This document shows positions 1 through 11,969 of a DNA stretch of 64,000 nt, one piece after another. The first letter of the stretch is position 1. Each line of letters begins with the position of its first letter. Source of the stretch: Raillietiella orientalis (taxonomy: Eukaryota). The stretch spans positions 1,922,001-1,986,000 of the forward strand of contig JAYWIR010000009.1 in the NCBI GenBank assembly GCA_036172245.1, in the 5' to 3' direction. The notes below the pieces were generated by a model that searched no databases, was not told the DNA's origin, and saw nothing but the letters and a program-made list of their open reading frames with translations. A program made the position numbers and the translations under genes.

Positions 1-179
1 AGACTCGATGTGTCAAGAAGAGATTACGAACGTAGTTGGGTTACTTCAATCGTCAAAATTAGCAGCAGATGAAATGAAAATTCTGGCATAAAGCCCACTT
101 TAAAAAACTGGGCAGCGACCGAACAGAGCCTTTTTTTTTAAGAAAGAAAGAAATTTATAGTGCCGCCCTCCTACATACC

Positions 180-1030
180 ACTTCTCAGAAGCACGCGAGT
201 ACAGCTGCATAGGTCGAGTGCCATAGTGTGAACACTGAACACGCCATGCTTTTGCCACGTGATTTGTAAGAAAGTCTAGAAAGAGGATACGAAAGAGTGT
301 CCAATTTGAAGCTCTGGGGAAAGCAGTAACCTCGACACGTGCAAAACGGTTGGGCATGATGTAACTGTCAGATACATTACCAGTAAATGCTTTCAATGTA
401 TTTGAAAAAAGGTGATATCTTCGAAATCAATAATTCGAACGCCCACGAGAGGGAATACCATCGCAGATGAGTGAAAATTCGACACTCGTGCGAGGAAAAC
501 AATTCTGCATTCTGCCTAGCAAGTGCCTCTTTGTACATACGTTCGTATACACAAAGAGGCACTCATCAAACTAAGGCTTCGTATGTAACAGTCTCCATGG
601 AAAATCCTTTTATCATTCGAATGTGAGGAAACGTAACTTGTAGTGAAGTATAATGAAGGAAGCGGAGAGTACACCAAAGTGGTCCTCCAGATGCAGCAGC
701 TTCACAAGCATTCATCAAGTTCAGAAAGACCAACGGGCTAATCGCATGCTGCACTTATTAGGCATACTAAAACTGTTAGCAGCCGTTAAAAATCGTTTCG
801 ATACCTTCATAAACGCTGCAGCTTCCGGAATTTTTTCGCGAGAAATAGAAATACATAACGCGGGAATGGCACAAACAATTATAATTAGGTTAAATACTGA
901 AGATAAAGGCAATCGCTCAAGAGATAATCCAAATGAGAAAGCCCCGACGAAACTCAAATACGAAAGCATCCTCCAATTTGCAGAGAGATCAGCTCCTTGA
1001 TTAAGGATTCTGATTTCTAAGAATTTATGT
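180..1030 (+). mobile_element. Heavily decayed non-LTR (CR1/L2-like) reverse transcriptase remnant
   Basis: Scattered, frameshifted motif echoes in the expected order: GYERVSNLKLWGK (~AFDxV.H.KL), EGIPSQ (~GVPQGS), QRANRMLHLL (~KANRMLG). Many stops; boundaries approximate. Confidence 0.3.
522..563. repeat. Near-perfect inverted repeat (20-bp arms, 2 mismatches, 2-nt loop)
   Basis: agtgcctctttgt-ac-atacg-tt-cgtat-ac-acaaagaggcact; the outer 13 bp are a perfect reverse complement. Confidence 0.9.
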
Positions 1031-2904
1031 GACAAAACTACTGGTTCGTGCTCTGCTGGCCTTTTAGCAAAAGCTGATCAAGATCAAACCTGATAATCCT
1101 GGAATGCGATTTAGGAGCACAAAACCGCCGACTTTCAAAAGCAGCGGAGCATGTTGAGCCAATACTAAGCAATATTTTCTGAAATACTTCAGCCACCCTA
1201 TTACTGTATGGAAAATAAATCGAAAAACACAGAGACATCAGCGGGACTGAAATCTGAAACACGTCCGTTTCACGTTTCCATGGATACCTGCATCAGGACC
1301 GCTATCAGCCATGATGCCTGCTGACGGCCCCACGCAACTGTCAGTGGAATCGTAAAACACTGATTTCCTAAAATCTAAATTGTCAGGGATAACGACTTTC
1401 AAATATGGGGAAACACCAATCCAGACACGACATTTTTTTTATTTTATTTTATTTTATTTTCCTTTTAATATCTGAGAAGCATCTTTTGAAAGAAACAAAA
1501 CGAGCGAAGAATTCTTGACAAAGCCTGCGTGAGGGAAACAAACTTTGATGATGATGACTTTTCGTACACACCCATTGCAATGGAGATAAAAAATCCTGCA
1601 CGGCTAGAATAAACGAAAGAAAAGGAAACTTCGATTCGCTCCATCTCCCAGCTATTAATAGTTCGGAAATACGTTTTGTTTAGAAAATAAAATGTGTAAA
1701 TTGATATTTTTTTGGCAAAGTCGGAAACTGTGAAAACAAAATCTCGCTCTCTGCAGAGAGAGGGAGAACCCAGCCCTCTTTCACGGATGCCTCCTTGCAG
1801 GAAACATGGAAAATAGGGAGAGCTCACGGGAAAATCGATTTCCAAGATACATCGCTTGCTGGTAATTGGATTCATTTTCTTACATTTTTTGAATTTCGAG
1901 AGTCCCTTTGTGGAATGTCCTGAAAATTTTTGCCCCCCCCCCCCCGGGTGTTTTGATTATTATTTCTTTTCTTTTCTTTTCCTTTTTTTTGTTTTTGTTT
2001 TTTTTTACCGGTTTCGGTGTGTGTGGGCACGGATGAAACCGAAAGGACGGTTCATTATAAGGATGTGCTTTAGATGGTCGTTTCTCATAATAGTTGTGTG
2101 AATAACAATCTTCAACGATTTTCATCACCTTCTTTGGCGCTCAGGACTGAAATTCGATTTGCTCGTGCTTTTTTCTCATGCTGCAACGAAGTGCAGTGTA
2201 TCTCCTCATTAAAGTTGAAATAAGTAAATAAATGAATGAAAAACCACTGAGTTTAGCCTACGCATCTGCGGAAATGCCGATGTGCGGGCATCCATTTTCG
2301 AAAGGTCCGCGCTGGAGTTCTCGTGAAACTCACAACGCGAAAGATGAAATTCGGGAAGTAAGCAAAAACCACGTAAGGCGGCAATGCCCGAATACTTTCT
2401 TTACTGCAATCTAAAGGAGAATAACGGCTCAACCCTATAATGTTCAAAACCCACGGAAAAAAATCCCGAGCCCGGGTGGTGGTGGCTCAGTGCTATCTTT
2501 CAAACGCTCGAAACGAATCCACCTGGAAATCACTCTTTTCCCTTCCAAGATTCGGAACACGAATGGAAGACAAAAAAAAAAAACCCTACACGAAAATGAT
2601 TACTCACGTAACAAATAAGGGAAACACAACACGTGTCGATCATTTGCGTCCAAAAGTAAAACGGTATCCGCCGGTTACCGAATCGTCGATATGTCCCGAA
2701 GAGACGGATGGTACATTTCCACATTACACAAGTACACTTGTAGTAAGAAACCGAATTCGTGGCAATTTTTGCGAGAGAAGCACTTTCGACGATGTTTTTG
2801 CAGGATGTGAGAAACCCACCGCTGCCCATCGGCTCGTGCGGCGCATAGGGCCGATCGAAAGCGGGACGCTTCCTAATCAATGCAATTGCAACTCCGAGCG
2901 AGCT

Positions 2905-3672
2905 ATGGGTTCGATTGTCCTAAGAAGCTTATCACTTTTACTGGGCATATTCTTCATATATGTGGGAATCATGAAACTGACACCATATCTCAGTAAAGAC
3001 ATGCACAAAGAATTGGTAAGGATGTTTCTACTATTTCAACCCTGAAAATCGCGAAAAAGAATGGGAAGCCAATGCTCTTTGAAACCGTCTTCTGCCCCAA
3101 TACCCTGCTTTTAAGTGGTTATCAATGAATCTAGTTTACTAGATCAACCATTCTGTCTAACCATCTTATAGCACTAGAAAGAATGAGAGAGAGAGAGAGA
3201 GAGAAATTACAAATCTGGTTTTCAACCATTCCAGAGAAGAGACTTTGTCCGATTTGCAAAAATTATCCCTTTCCAAGAAAGATTCGGATTTAAAGTTCCC
3301 TCGAAGTGGTATAGAAAAATAATTGGTACCTTGGAGGTCTGTTGTGGGGTTGCCTTAGTGCTCATCCCAGTTGGTAAGTTGCTGATTCAAAAATTTACAT
3401 GGTTCTATGTTCTGTTTTCAAGAATCCATCAAGCAGATGGCCAATTGTTTGCTTCTATTACTCATGGCTTGGGATGTGTTCATTCACTGGCAAGCACAGG
3501 ATAGATTTGAGCGTATTGCACCTTCACTGGTATGTTATCATGATCAAAAAGTAATCCCACAAACTATGATTAGGTGTTTTTCTTCATGTTGAGCTGCCGT
3601 ATTATTGTGGCCTATCAGTTACGGCGTGAGTTATCTGCAGCCAAAAAAGAAATACACGATAAAAGTGATTAA
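2905..3672 (+). CDS. TMEM35: Novel acetylcholine receptor chaperone NACHO (TMEM35 family); coding exons 2905-3015, 3235-3373, 3423-3529, 3574-3672
   Basis: Spliced translation MGSIVLRSLSLLLGIFFIYVGIMKLTPYLSKDMHKEL|RRDFVRFAKIIPFQERFGFKVPSKWYRKIIGTLEVCCGVALVLIPV|ESIKQMANCLLLLLMAWDVFIHWQAQDRFERIAPSL|VFFFMLSCRIIVAYQLRREL...* resembles arthropod NACHO. All introns are GT-AG with consistent phases (219, 49, 44 nt). Confidence 0.95.
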
Positions 3673-3689
3673 TCTTTGTTTACGATACT

Positions 3690-4629
3690 TTATATGAGAG
3701 ACTGTTTGTTAACATCAGATTTGTTATACTGCAGGAGTTGCAAACCTTCCTGCAAGTACTTGATAGCTGTTGAGATGTCATCATAATTCAGGGCACTGCT
3801 AGCAAATTTGCAGCATTTTTGAGCTTGACTAATGATCTGAGGAGAAAGAGTTTTGCTTGTGGAATTGGGATTGGAAGGTGGCTCAATAGGGACTGGTGTT
3901 GGAGATACAGTTGCAGGAGGCACATTAGGTTCAGGTGAACTGTCACTGATCCCAGAATCTGGCTCCAAACTTTTAGGATTACTATCGGGAGACTTGGGCA
4001 AATTAAAACCCATCTGCGAATTTGGATCTTGATCTGATCCTACTGCAGGATTTTGTGCTTCTGTGCGCAAGTTTGCATTTAAGGAAGTTGCTTTCCATTT
4101 AGCATATTTCAGGTGCTGCTGAATGTCCTCTCCCAACTCTCCAAAGACTTGCAATACATCAAAAAGTATCCCTGCAGTGTAGAAGGCTTTCACTACATTT
4201 CTAACAAAGAAATATCACATGATTGGCCTATCTACCCACTTATTGATTCTAGAGTTCTGCTCCTCAGCATCAGCCCAGGAGAAAAGCTTTACAGCATAAT
4301 TTTCAACATGTGCCTGTGCTACCACTTCATTGGATAAAGCTTCCATGTCTCCCTTTTGGACTTTCACTTGCTCTAGCCATCCCATTATGGCTGATAATAC
4401 AGCAACTGCTTCAGGACTCTTGCCATCTAATTTCATGCCCATTTGAACTGAATGCAACATGCCTGCACATTTTTAAAATTAAAAGCATTTTTTTAATCAC
4501 AGAATTTAGGGACTTACACCAGTAGCTAATAATTATATCCCGTGCATGATGTTCTTGAGCAGCACGTATGAATGGTTGAATTGGTTTCAGAGATGATGGC
4601 AATAAAGGGAAGGTAGGGAAGTTAGCCAT
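3690..4629 (-). CDS. VTA1: Vacuolar protein sorting-associated protein VTA1 (LIP5); coding exons 4629-4518, 4462-4240, 4200-3690
   Basis: N-terminal MIT-region motifs (LKPIQPFIRAAQEH...ISYWC, AHVENYAVKLFSWAD, NVVKAFYTAGILFDVLQVFGEL...KYAKWKA), a Pro/Ser linker and a C-terminal VSL domain (AQKCCKFASSALNYDDISTAIKYL). GT-AG introns of 55 and 39 nt. Confidence 0.95.
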
Positions 4630-6381
4630 TATTGCTTCACTAAGAGTTAAGTCGTGTCAGTGGGATCCATCATTCCTTTTATTAAGAAAACATGCTATAA
4701 ATTAATGGGGCACCATGATTAGTAACATCTGAACAGTCTAGGTCTAGGTCTATCCAATTTTTTTCGAAAATGCAGTTATGTATCAATGGAAATGCAGACT
4801 GAAAAGAGAATTCAAGCCCTCACAAATATTTCCACGCGTATGGCTAACAGTGGGGATACGAAAACCAAAATTATGCGACACATGTGTTTGCACCTGTATG
4901 TGTCGTATGTATCATAGTACAACGAAGACACGTAATACGGTACAATGTAGTATGATACAACGTAGCACATCATGTGTAGTTCTATCGTTGTATCACATGT
5001 ACTTGAATCGTGTAAAAGAATTTTTCAAACCACTCTCAATTACAAAACGCTCCACGATCCTAATTATTTTCTCCGTTTGAATAATTCCGACGAAAATAAT
5101 TAAATGCAAACATTACTGATCCAAATTTCCTGAATTATATAACTCGATAAAACTCGACATACCAACAGTGTCACGCACTTCATTTCATACAACATTTAAG
5201 TAATTTTGCATGCATATAAAAACATTACATAAATACGGGCATGATAACACCCTTGTTATTATTAGAACACTTCAGTATAGCCAAAGTGAAGGTAAACTGG
5301 GAAAACACTGTACAACAGCAACAGCAATGCACAATTCTTAAGATGTGCAGGCACAATACATGTATTTTGTATGAGTGTAATACTAAGAAATATCCACCTG
5401 TAGCCAGAAAGGGGAAAACGAGTATTCCTGGAAAAATAAAGGTACATTAAATTTCGCTAATCCTGGTTTCATGTTTTCCTTCTAAAGTTGCATATCTTGG
5501 TTGGTGAGGAAAAGGAACGACTTAACTTGAAACCATAATGAAAAAAAATCTGGATTAAACATTTTATCAATTTTCGGAACAGATACAATACATGAGAAGT
5601 TTGTAAATGAGCGATTTTCTATCTAAGAATATCGGTCATTTATGAACTTCTAATGAGGTTTTAGGGCAAAGTGAGCTTCAACATCATTTTGTGGCAAGAA
5701 ACTGATAAACGGACTGATTCTGATTAGGTTTTCAATTATCCTTACATTCCAAAATAATTATGTGTACATAATTGGGCTCGTAATTAAGGAAAAACAAATC
5801 TAGAAGTGAATCATCACGGAGATACGAAAGAAATGTAGGTATTGCGTTTTAAAAGGTATTAGTATTTTAAAATGTATTTATCTCAAAATGTGTACATTGA
5901 GTCATCTAAAGGCAACGCATCTGTGGAACAAAAAAACCACATCGTTTTCTTTTTGACCTAAGACCATTTCAGACCAACCCAGAGCTGTGGGAGTAGAAAT
6001 TAGCTAGTCTACACTTCGAACTACATAAAACAAATGCAGTGTAGAAGTGTCCGTTCGACTACATTGAATTTAACGATGTTATTATAAATATATGCGACAG
6101 TACACACGGTATTATTTGCTTTGTTAGGTACAATTTCAAACTTGAAAGCCTCTTTTAGGATAACATTACAAAAAGGAAATAATGAAAAAATGATTGTGCT
6201 TGTTCATTTCAGTTTGTTTGCATTCCATCAAGAAAAATCAAAGCATGTCTACTTTGCGTGTCCCATAGAATGAAAGTTATATTTGGTGTTGTCACTTACG
6301 GGAATTTGTAATTCATTGGAATGCTCTCAGAAACAGTTTAAAGTGCTCCAGCAATTAGCATATTAGGCAAAGTAAACGTGT

Positions 6382-6441
6382 ACCACAGAGCTTTCTGCTT
6401 CACGTTGTATCCACGTGAAGCAGAAAAAGAAATTCTGTGGT
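6382..6441. repeat. Hairpin-forming inverted repeat
   Basis: 14-bp perfect stem tttctgcttcacgt (6392-6405)/acgtgaagcagaaa (6413-6426), 7-nt loop, plus an outer stem accacagag/ttctgtggt. Confidence 0.85.
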
Positions 6442-8899
6442 TAAAGTAATCAAATAAAGCAATTAAATTCAACGTGAATTCTCATGGTTTTCGAATCTTC
6501 GTTTTTATCTTTCGAACTTCTGTTTAAAGTATAGTCTTAGCTTATGACTGAAGCAAACTCTAATCTCACTTTATGAAGTATTTGAGTGTACTTGAATGGT
6601 TAGGATAGGATAAAGAGATTAGGTGGAATGATAATTTGAACACGACAAGTATCTCAAAACTGCTGTGAGAATTTATGTGAATTAGGCCAGGTGCCTATTG
6701 ATTTCATTTATTGTTATCGGAATTATTCGCATGGGACTGAATAAAAACTGTTCATAGCGACGAGAAGAGAGTCGGTCTGCGGCAAAATTGGCAATCCAAA
6801 TGAAAGGTAATCAACAAATTTGCAAATCAAAAATGAAGTGCAAATGTGCCGATGCACAATTTTTTTTTGTATGAAAGACAGAAATGTAAACCATGTTGAT
6901 TTAGGGTAAACCAAATCACAAACAGGCAAAATCATTTTTGGGAAACAAATAAGAAGTGGGAATCATGAAAGCAACAACAAAAGATTGCTTTGTTCAATAC
7001 AGGAGAAGGGACGAAATCGGAATCTGCAAATTTGTTTTCCCATCAGGTGAGAGTGTCGAGATTACAATTGATATTGTTTTATGGCTACAGTCCATCGAAA
7101 AGTTCCAAACACAAAAGGAAATGGGATGTTGCATGGACATGCGCGTTCCGCGGTCAAATCCAAGCAATACAGAAACAGAATTCCCAAGGCTTTCATTGGA
7201 TTCCCATTCCAGGAAGCAAAACTCGTTACGTTTCGTTTTGTGCGATGTTTTTGATTTTATAAACAACAAAATCTTTGAAATTTAGAGCAGATACTATGCC
7301 TTTGAAAAAGATGTTGAAATTGAACTCAATACTGCGTACAACTCGTGCTAGAAAATCTTTTGGTTTTACATTTAGTTGAATGCTTAAAGTACCGCATTTG
7401 TTTTATGGTTTTGTGGTGGCTCACAATAAGGTTCAAGGGAGAAGAAAGTCAAAAAAGAAAGAAAGGTTTAAGATATTTCAAAAAAATAGCGAAACATCTC
7501 ATTTTCAAACGTCATCGTAAGTTCCTTAATTCTAGTATGTTTCGAAGCAGTAGATTAATGCAGGTGTATCTGAAGATTTAGTAAATAAAAAACAATAACG
7601 CATCGCGTAATGCATTTTGTCAGTTGCATCACCTAAAAATTGAACTGCATTTTGATTCAGTGCCTTAGATTTTCTGGGAGATTTAAGGAATATTCAGAGC
7701 TGCAGAATAAGGATGTCTGGAGTCAGGGTGCCCCCTGAAGTAAAAACGAGAGAGATAAAAAAAAAAAAATGCGAAAGAAACGTTAAGTTAGCATATCGTG
7801 TATTATGATCCATACGCTATAACAACATAAATTTTAATACTCAACTGGTGCTTTCAGAAGATGCACACGAATGCAACCCTAACTAATTAAAATGATGGCA
7901 AGATTGCTTATGATTAGGGACTATTCAGGAAAGGAGTTTCTTCGTATACGAACGTATCAGATGGTTACAATCTTCTGTAGAAATACAGAAATCTACTGCT
8001 GTTCTCTGGGACTTGTGAAAAACTGAAAATGTCATTCTTCACGAGCCCTGGAACTCATCTTGCATAACTGTGTTGTCACAATTGATTCGTGATCGAAGGC
8101 ATGTCTGTACAATCCCGCTTGTCCATTTTGGCATCGTGGTTTTGAAAAGTGCATTCTGTCTTCTCGTTTGCCTGAATCGGTCAACGAATCCACCCAATTT
8201 TCAATTTCAGTATTGGAAAGTTCCAATTTCAAAAATTTTTTCCAGGTCTAGAAAGGATGAGTTTTGAAAGGATTTGTTTTCTTTAAATTGTTGATGGTTT
8301 TTGCACAATATCGGTGGTTCAAAATGGTGGCTGTAGAGGTTTTCTTGCCTTCATCAGCTGGGTGTTGCAGAGTAAACCATAGCAAAAACAGGAAAATCAT
8401 GATTATTCTATACTTTGATTTCTTATCTAATGGAAGTCTTTTTCAATCTTTCTCAGTCAGTCTTCTTAGACCACTTCTGTTTATGGTCGAAAGAACGCTT
8501 CACCAGCGCTTCAACGGCTTTGGAATGCTAATGATTCCTATTATTTATCTGTTGACGTTTGATGTGTGCTTGATAAAGTATCTGCTATGTGGAAAACCTC
8601 TTTTTACTCATGAAAAGAATTTCAGGTCCTCTGATCCATTCTTAACAATTTCCTATTTATGAGCACATAAATAGGAAGATTGTTATTTATAAGTCTTTAT
8701 GACTTTCTGAGCTGCTCGTTCCGAATGTCGGAATGTTTTTGAGCGGCCAAGCGCAGTACGCAAGTTTGAAATGATCGAATAGTTTTAGTGTTTCACCGTC
8801 GTGTCCCGAGTCACGTGACACGGAGACTGGTACCTGCTCCCTGTTCAGCGCTGCGCAGATTGATGGAGCCCAGTTCTTCGCAGGAGGAAAGCAATTTTC

Positions 8900-9320
8900 C
8901 AGTGGGAACTTTGAGCAGTCGCTTCGGAACCATTTTAAAAGTTTTGCTTCGACTGCTTCTGAGAAATGCAGCCAGTCTGTGAAACTCAAAGGTGGAAGAT
9001 TTCCTTGGGGGTAAACACCATTCAAAGAAGCAGGCGCATCGGAAATAAAGTGCAGAAACGTGTCTTTGAATGAACTGCGTTTTCATAGCCAAGGCATCTC
9101 GGGACTTGAACGGCCTGTTCCAGGACTTTGAGCAGCACTTTCGAGGAAAGCGTTCATGAAATGCAGTCGATGGAGTTCTTGAGGAGCATAGGTGTTTTTC
9201 GAACCCCAAATTTCGGGTCATCATCGGCTAACGTGTGCCACTTTGCGCAAACGTTCGCGAGTGTCCATTGGCATCAAGCAATTCGAACCACCTGACGTGG
9301 TCGAAGATTTGACTCGGTGA
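8900..9320 (-). mobile_element. Possible decayed LINE AP-endonuclease fragment
   Basis: Minus strand gives LLDANGHSR... then, after a frameshift, KNTYAPQELHRLHFMNAF, resembling D..GR...NVYAP....R..FF of L1/Tx1 endonucleases. Weak. Confidence 0.3.
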
Positions 9321-11042
9321 TTTGACCGGCTTCCGCAAAAACTTGCTGGCCCGTGCAAGGCCATTCTTCGAATGACCTTGGAAGAATCCCTGTCGGGGGG
9401 GACGCTGCGTAACATTCAAATCTTCAAACTTCCTCCGCACATCGCCTCTGCAGTACGAAAACGACGTGTTGTACCGAGGTGTAAAACCCATCCTGCCAGT
9501 GCGAGGAGGAACGGTCCCATGAACGGCCGATGCGAATCGGAGAAGAAGAAGAAAAATGCAGCAGCAGGCCCTGGTTTGTTTACTGGTTACCTCGGCAACC
9601 GTAGCTGCCTGGAAGGGGCTAATCAGTCTCAGAGCGACTTTCATTCTAAATGTCAGCTAAAAAAGGCACCGTAAAAGTCACGAACTAAATCGTTCAATTC
9701 ACCTACTGAGGGAAAGTCGATTGGCTATCGTGTTTTCCGCTTGCCTAAGACAGCAGCTCCCACAGGCCCCAGCGTTGGCCTCATTGCTTCGGAAATTTGG
9801 GTTCGTTCGGAGCTTTTTTTTGATTCCCGGAGGAAGCAAAATGATCGGAAGACCTCGTAAACTGCCCTACGAATTACCCACGCGGTCTGATGGCCTCGTT
9901 TTCCGATCGAGCTTCATGGGGATTCCCAGAAAAATTCCTGAAGATTCGAAGCACGTTTTCACGATTGCATCTGATGGCGCTATGTTACGCCACTTTATTT
10001 CGGAATCTGCGGGCTTTCAGCGGCAGCTGTCTCCACTCTTGCGGAGGATGTGCGTCGCGCGCCGTTTCCATGGTGCCGTTCGTCCGGAATTCGGGCATTC
10101 CTCGTGGGTGGATGCCACATCCCCGGTGCTTATCCGTGACCGCGCGGATGCAGAGCTCGCTGCGCTCTGATTGCGCCCCGATCTGCGTTCGGGAGAAGAT
10201 CCACAGCGTTCCGCCGCCGCATCAGCTGCTCCGTGAGTGACAGCGTGCTTTACTTTGCACGGGAGCCATGCAAGCCAGCCTCCCGGCTTGAAGCTGGGAG
10301 GGGAAAGTCCGCTCACACGCTGCTCAGGGGAAGTTAGCGACCGTCATGGGGAGCTTGCGATTCCTGTTTCCCGAAATGCTTGGAGGAATGTGCGTGAGCG
10401 GCAGTCACAGAAGGCGTTGTTTGCAGTGCCCGCGTCTGTGACGAAGAAGGTGCGCTTCCGTCTGCAGCTAGGAGGAAGATCGATGGGCCGGAATCGTGGA
10501 GAGTAACAAGAAGCGATTTAATGGCTGCTAGCGAATGTAAGGCAGAGCGGAATGCCACCGGGCAGAGCCAGTTTCAAAAGCGCTTCCAAAGCAACCGTGC
10601 TGCAATCCCTCGGAACGGAATGGCTTGCGGATGAAGACCGTGACGTTCTCTGGCAGACAGCTGCGAGAGGCGGAGAAGAGAAAACGGGAATACCTGCTGT
10701 CTCGGTAGCATGACCGGTCGCTGCTATCGAAGTTTGAAATGAGGGATAGGAGAGCGAGACGTCATGGACGCTCCTTCGAATTCACGGAGTGGGATAAAAA
10801 GGCGAGTGACTGCACATTGAGGAAGCTTCGCGGGCGGACAGAAAGGAAGAGCAGCCGTTCTAAGAAAGCAAAGTCCATACTGAATGCTGCTCGATCCATT
10901 AGTAAAAGACATAAAGTGGGCACGGAGAAGCTCAGGAAATGAAGATTCTTTTCAGATGCTCTGAGAGCAAAACCCAGATGGAAAACCTGCATTTGCTCCT
11001 GGAGACGTCTAAATTGAGACACAGAAACTGAATATGATGACT

Positions 11043-11960
11043 ATCACCCGGTTGTGCGGGGACATTTATTACGTAACGTAATAAAAGTTCATTCGTGTGG
11101 TCGAACCGCTGGTTCTGCCACGCGCAATGAACCTGACGAAGAGTGGTACGCAGACCGGCGAGGTCCGCTTCGGCAGCGTGAGGGTGGGGGTGGGGGAATA
11201 AACACACAAGACAGGGGAGGGGAAATTATACACGGGGAAGTGGGAGGGATCGCGGTACGCTGCCAGGCGTCCTCTGCGTCCTGTTCAGGATGCTGGCAAA
11301 CAGGACTTGCCAGCATCCTGAACAGGACGCAGAGGACCCGGGTGGGGCCATCTCCAGGAGGTGCTCAGGAAAATCCTCGCCCGGCGGATGGCGTCTCTTC
11401 TTCTTTCCTCGTTCCAAGCCGCCACGATTCCGCGGACGCAGAAGACAACTGCGAGGGACGCGGCTGGCGGCAGAGCGGTACCATGCGCGAAGAGTCGTTT
11501 CCAAATGTCTCTGGAGCCGCCCTCCTTTGCGTTCCTAGGACCGTCGCCAGGCAACCTCAGAGGGGTCGGACGGCAGTCCACAGTCTACCAGCAGGTGAGG
11601 GAGGTTCTTCTTCTTCCCTCTTCTGTCTGTTCTCCTCCGTCAGCGTCCACCCTTCCCCCCCGTGTGCAGTGGCGAAGGTGCACTTTGCACGAGATTCCCC
11701 CATGTAACACCAGCAACGCCGACTCCTGCCACTTGAGTGGAGGGCACCACTGTTCCAGCACGCTGGGGTTCAGTTCACTTCCTCCAGAGGGATGCCGAGC
11801 TGCTCTCTCCAGCTCACAAGTCCCTGGGATGGGACACTCGGAGTCGCAGCGTCTGTCACTTTCCGAGTTGTCCACGCCCCCAATAATTTCTTCTTCTCTG
11901 CGATGCAGCACGTCACTTCCCACCTTTCCGTGATCACGCTGTCCTTTGCGTTCCTTTCTT
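11043..11960 (-). mobile_element. 3' end of an L1/Tx1-like LINE (zf-RVT region, 3'UTR), copy A1
   Basis: Frameshifted minus translation contains WREQLGIP..., PLKWQESALLVLHG, LPHLLVDC (zinc-finger His/Cys), CVRGIVAAW...RWPH, then a 3'UTR with a stem-loop and AATAAA. Near-identical to 50384-51300; homologous to 12500-13111 and 47400-48095. Confidence 0.7.
11269..11337. repeat. Perfect 31-bp inverted repeat, loop acaggac
   Basis: gtcctctgcgtcctgttcaggatgctggcaa (11269-11299) / acaggac / ttgccagcatcctgaacaggacgcagaggac (11307-11337). Confidence 0.97.
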
Positions 11961-11969
11961 AAGGTAATG

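Noticed and set aside
566..754. Tyrosine recombinase or endogenous viral fragment (LRFLHYTSL on the minus strand)
   Set aside because: No catalytic Arg or HxxR motif; the plus-strand decayed RT reading fits at least as well.
2440..2904. N-terminal extension of NACHO in the 201-aa ORF
   Set aside because: Similarity to NACHO begins at the ATG at 2905; the upstream in-frame part looks like promoter or UTR sequence.
11125..11180. Hammerhead ribozyme (CTGACGA core)
   Set aside because: No properly placed GAAA or supporting stems.
11285..11960. Novel multi-copy protein family (PLKWQESALL / CVRGIVAAW / RWPH motifs)
   Set aside because: Frameshift-corrected reading reveals the H-L-L-x-D-C...W zinc-finger pattern of the L1/Tx1 ORF2 C-terminus, so it is better explained as LINE remnant.
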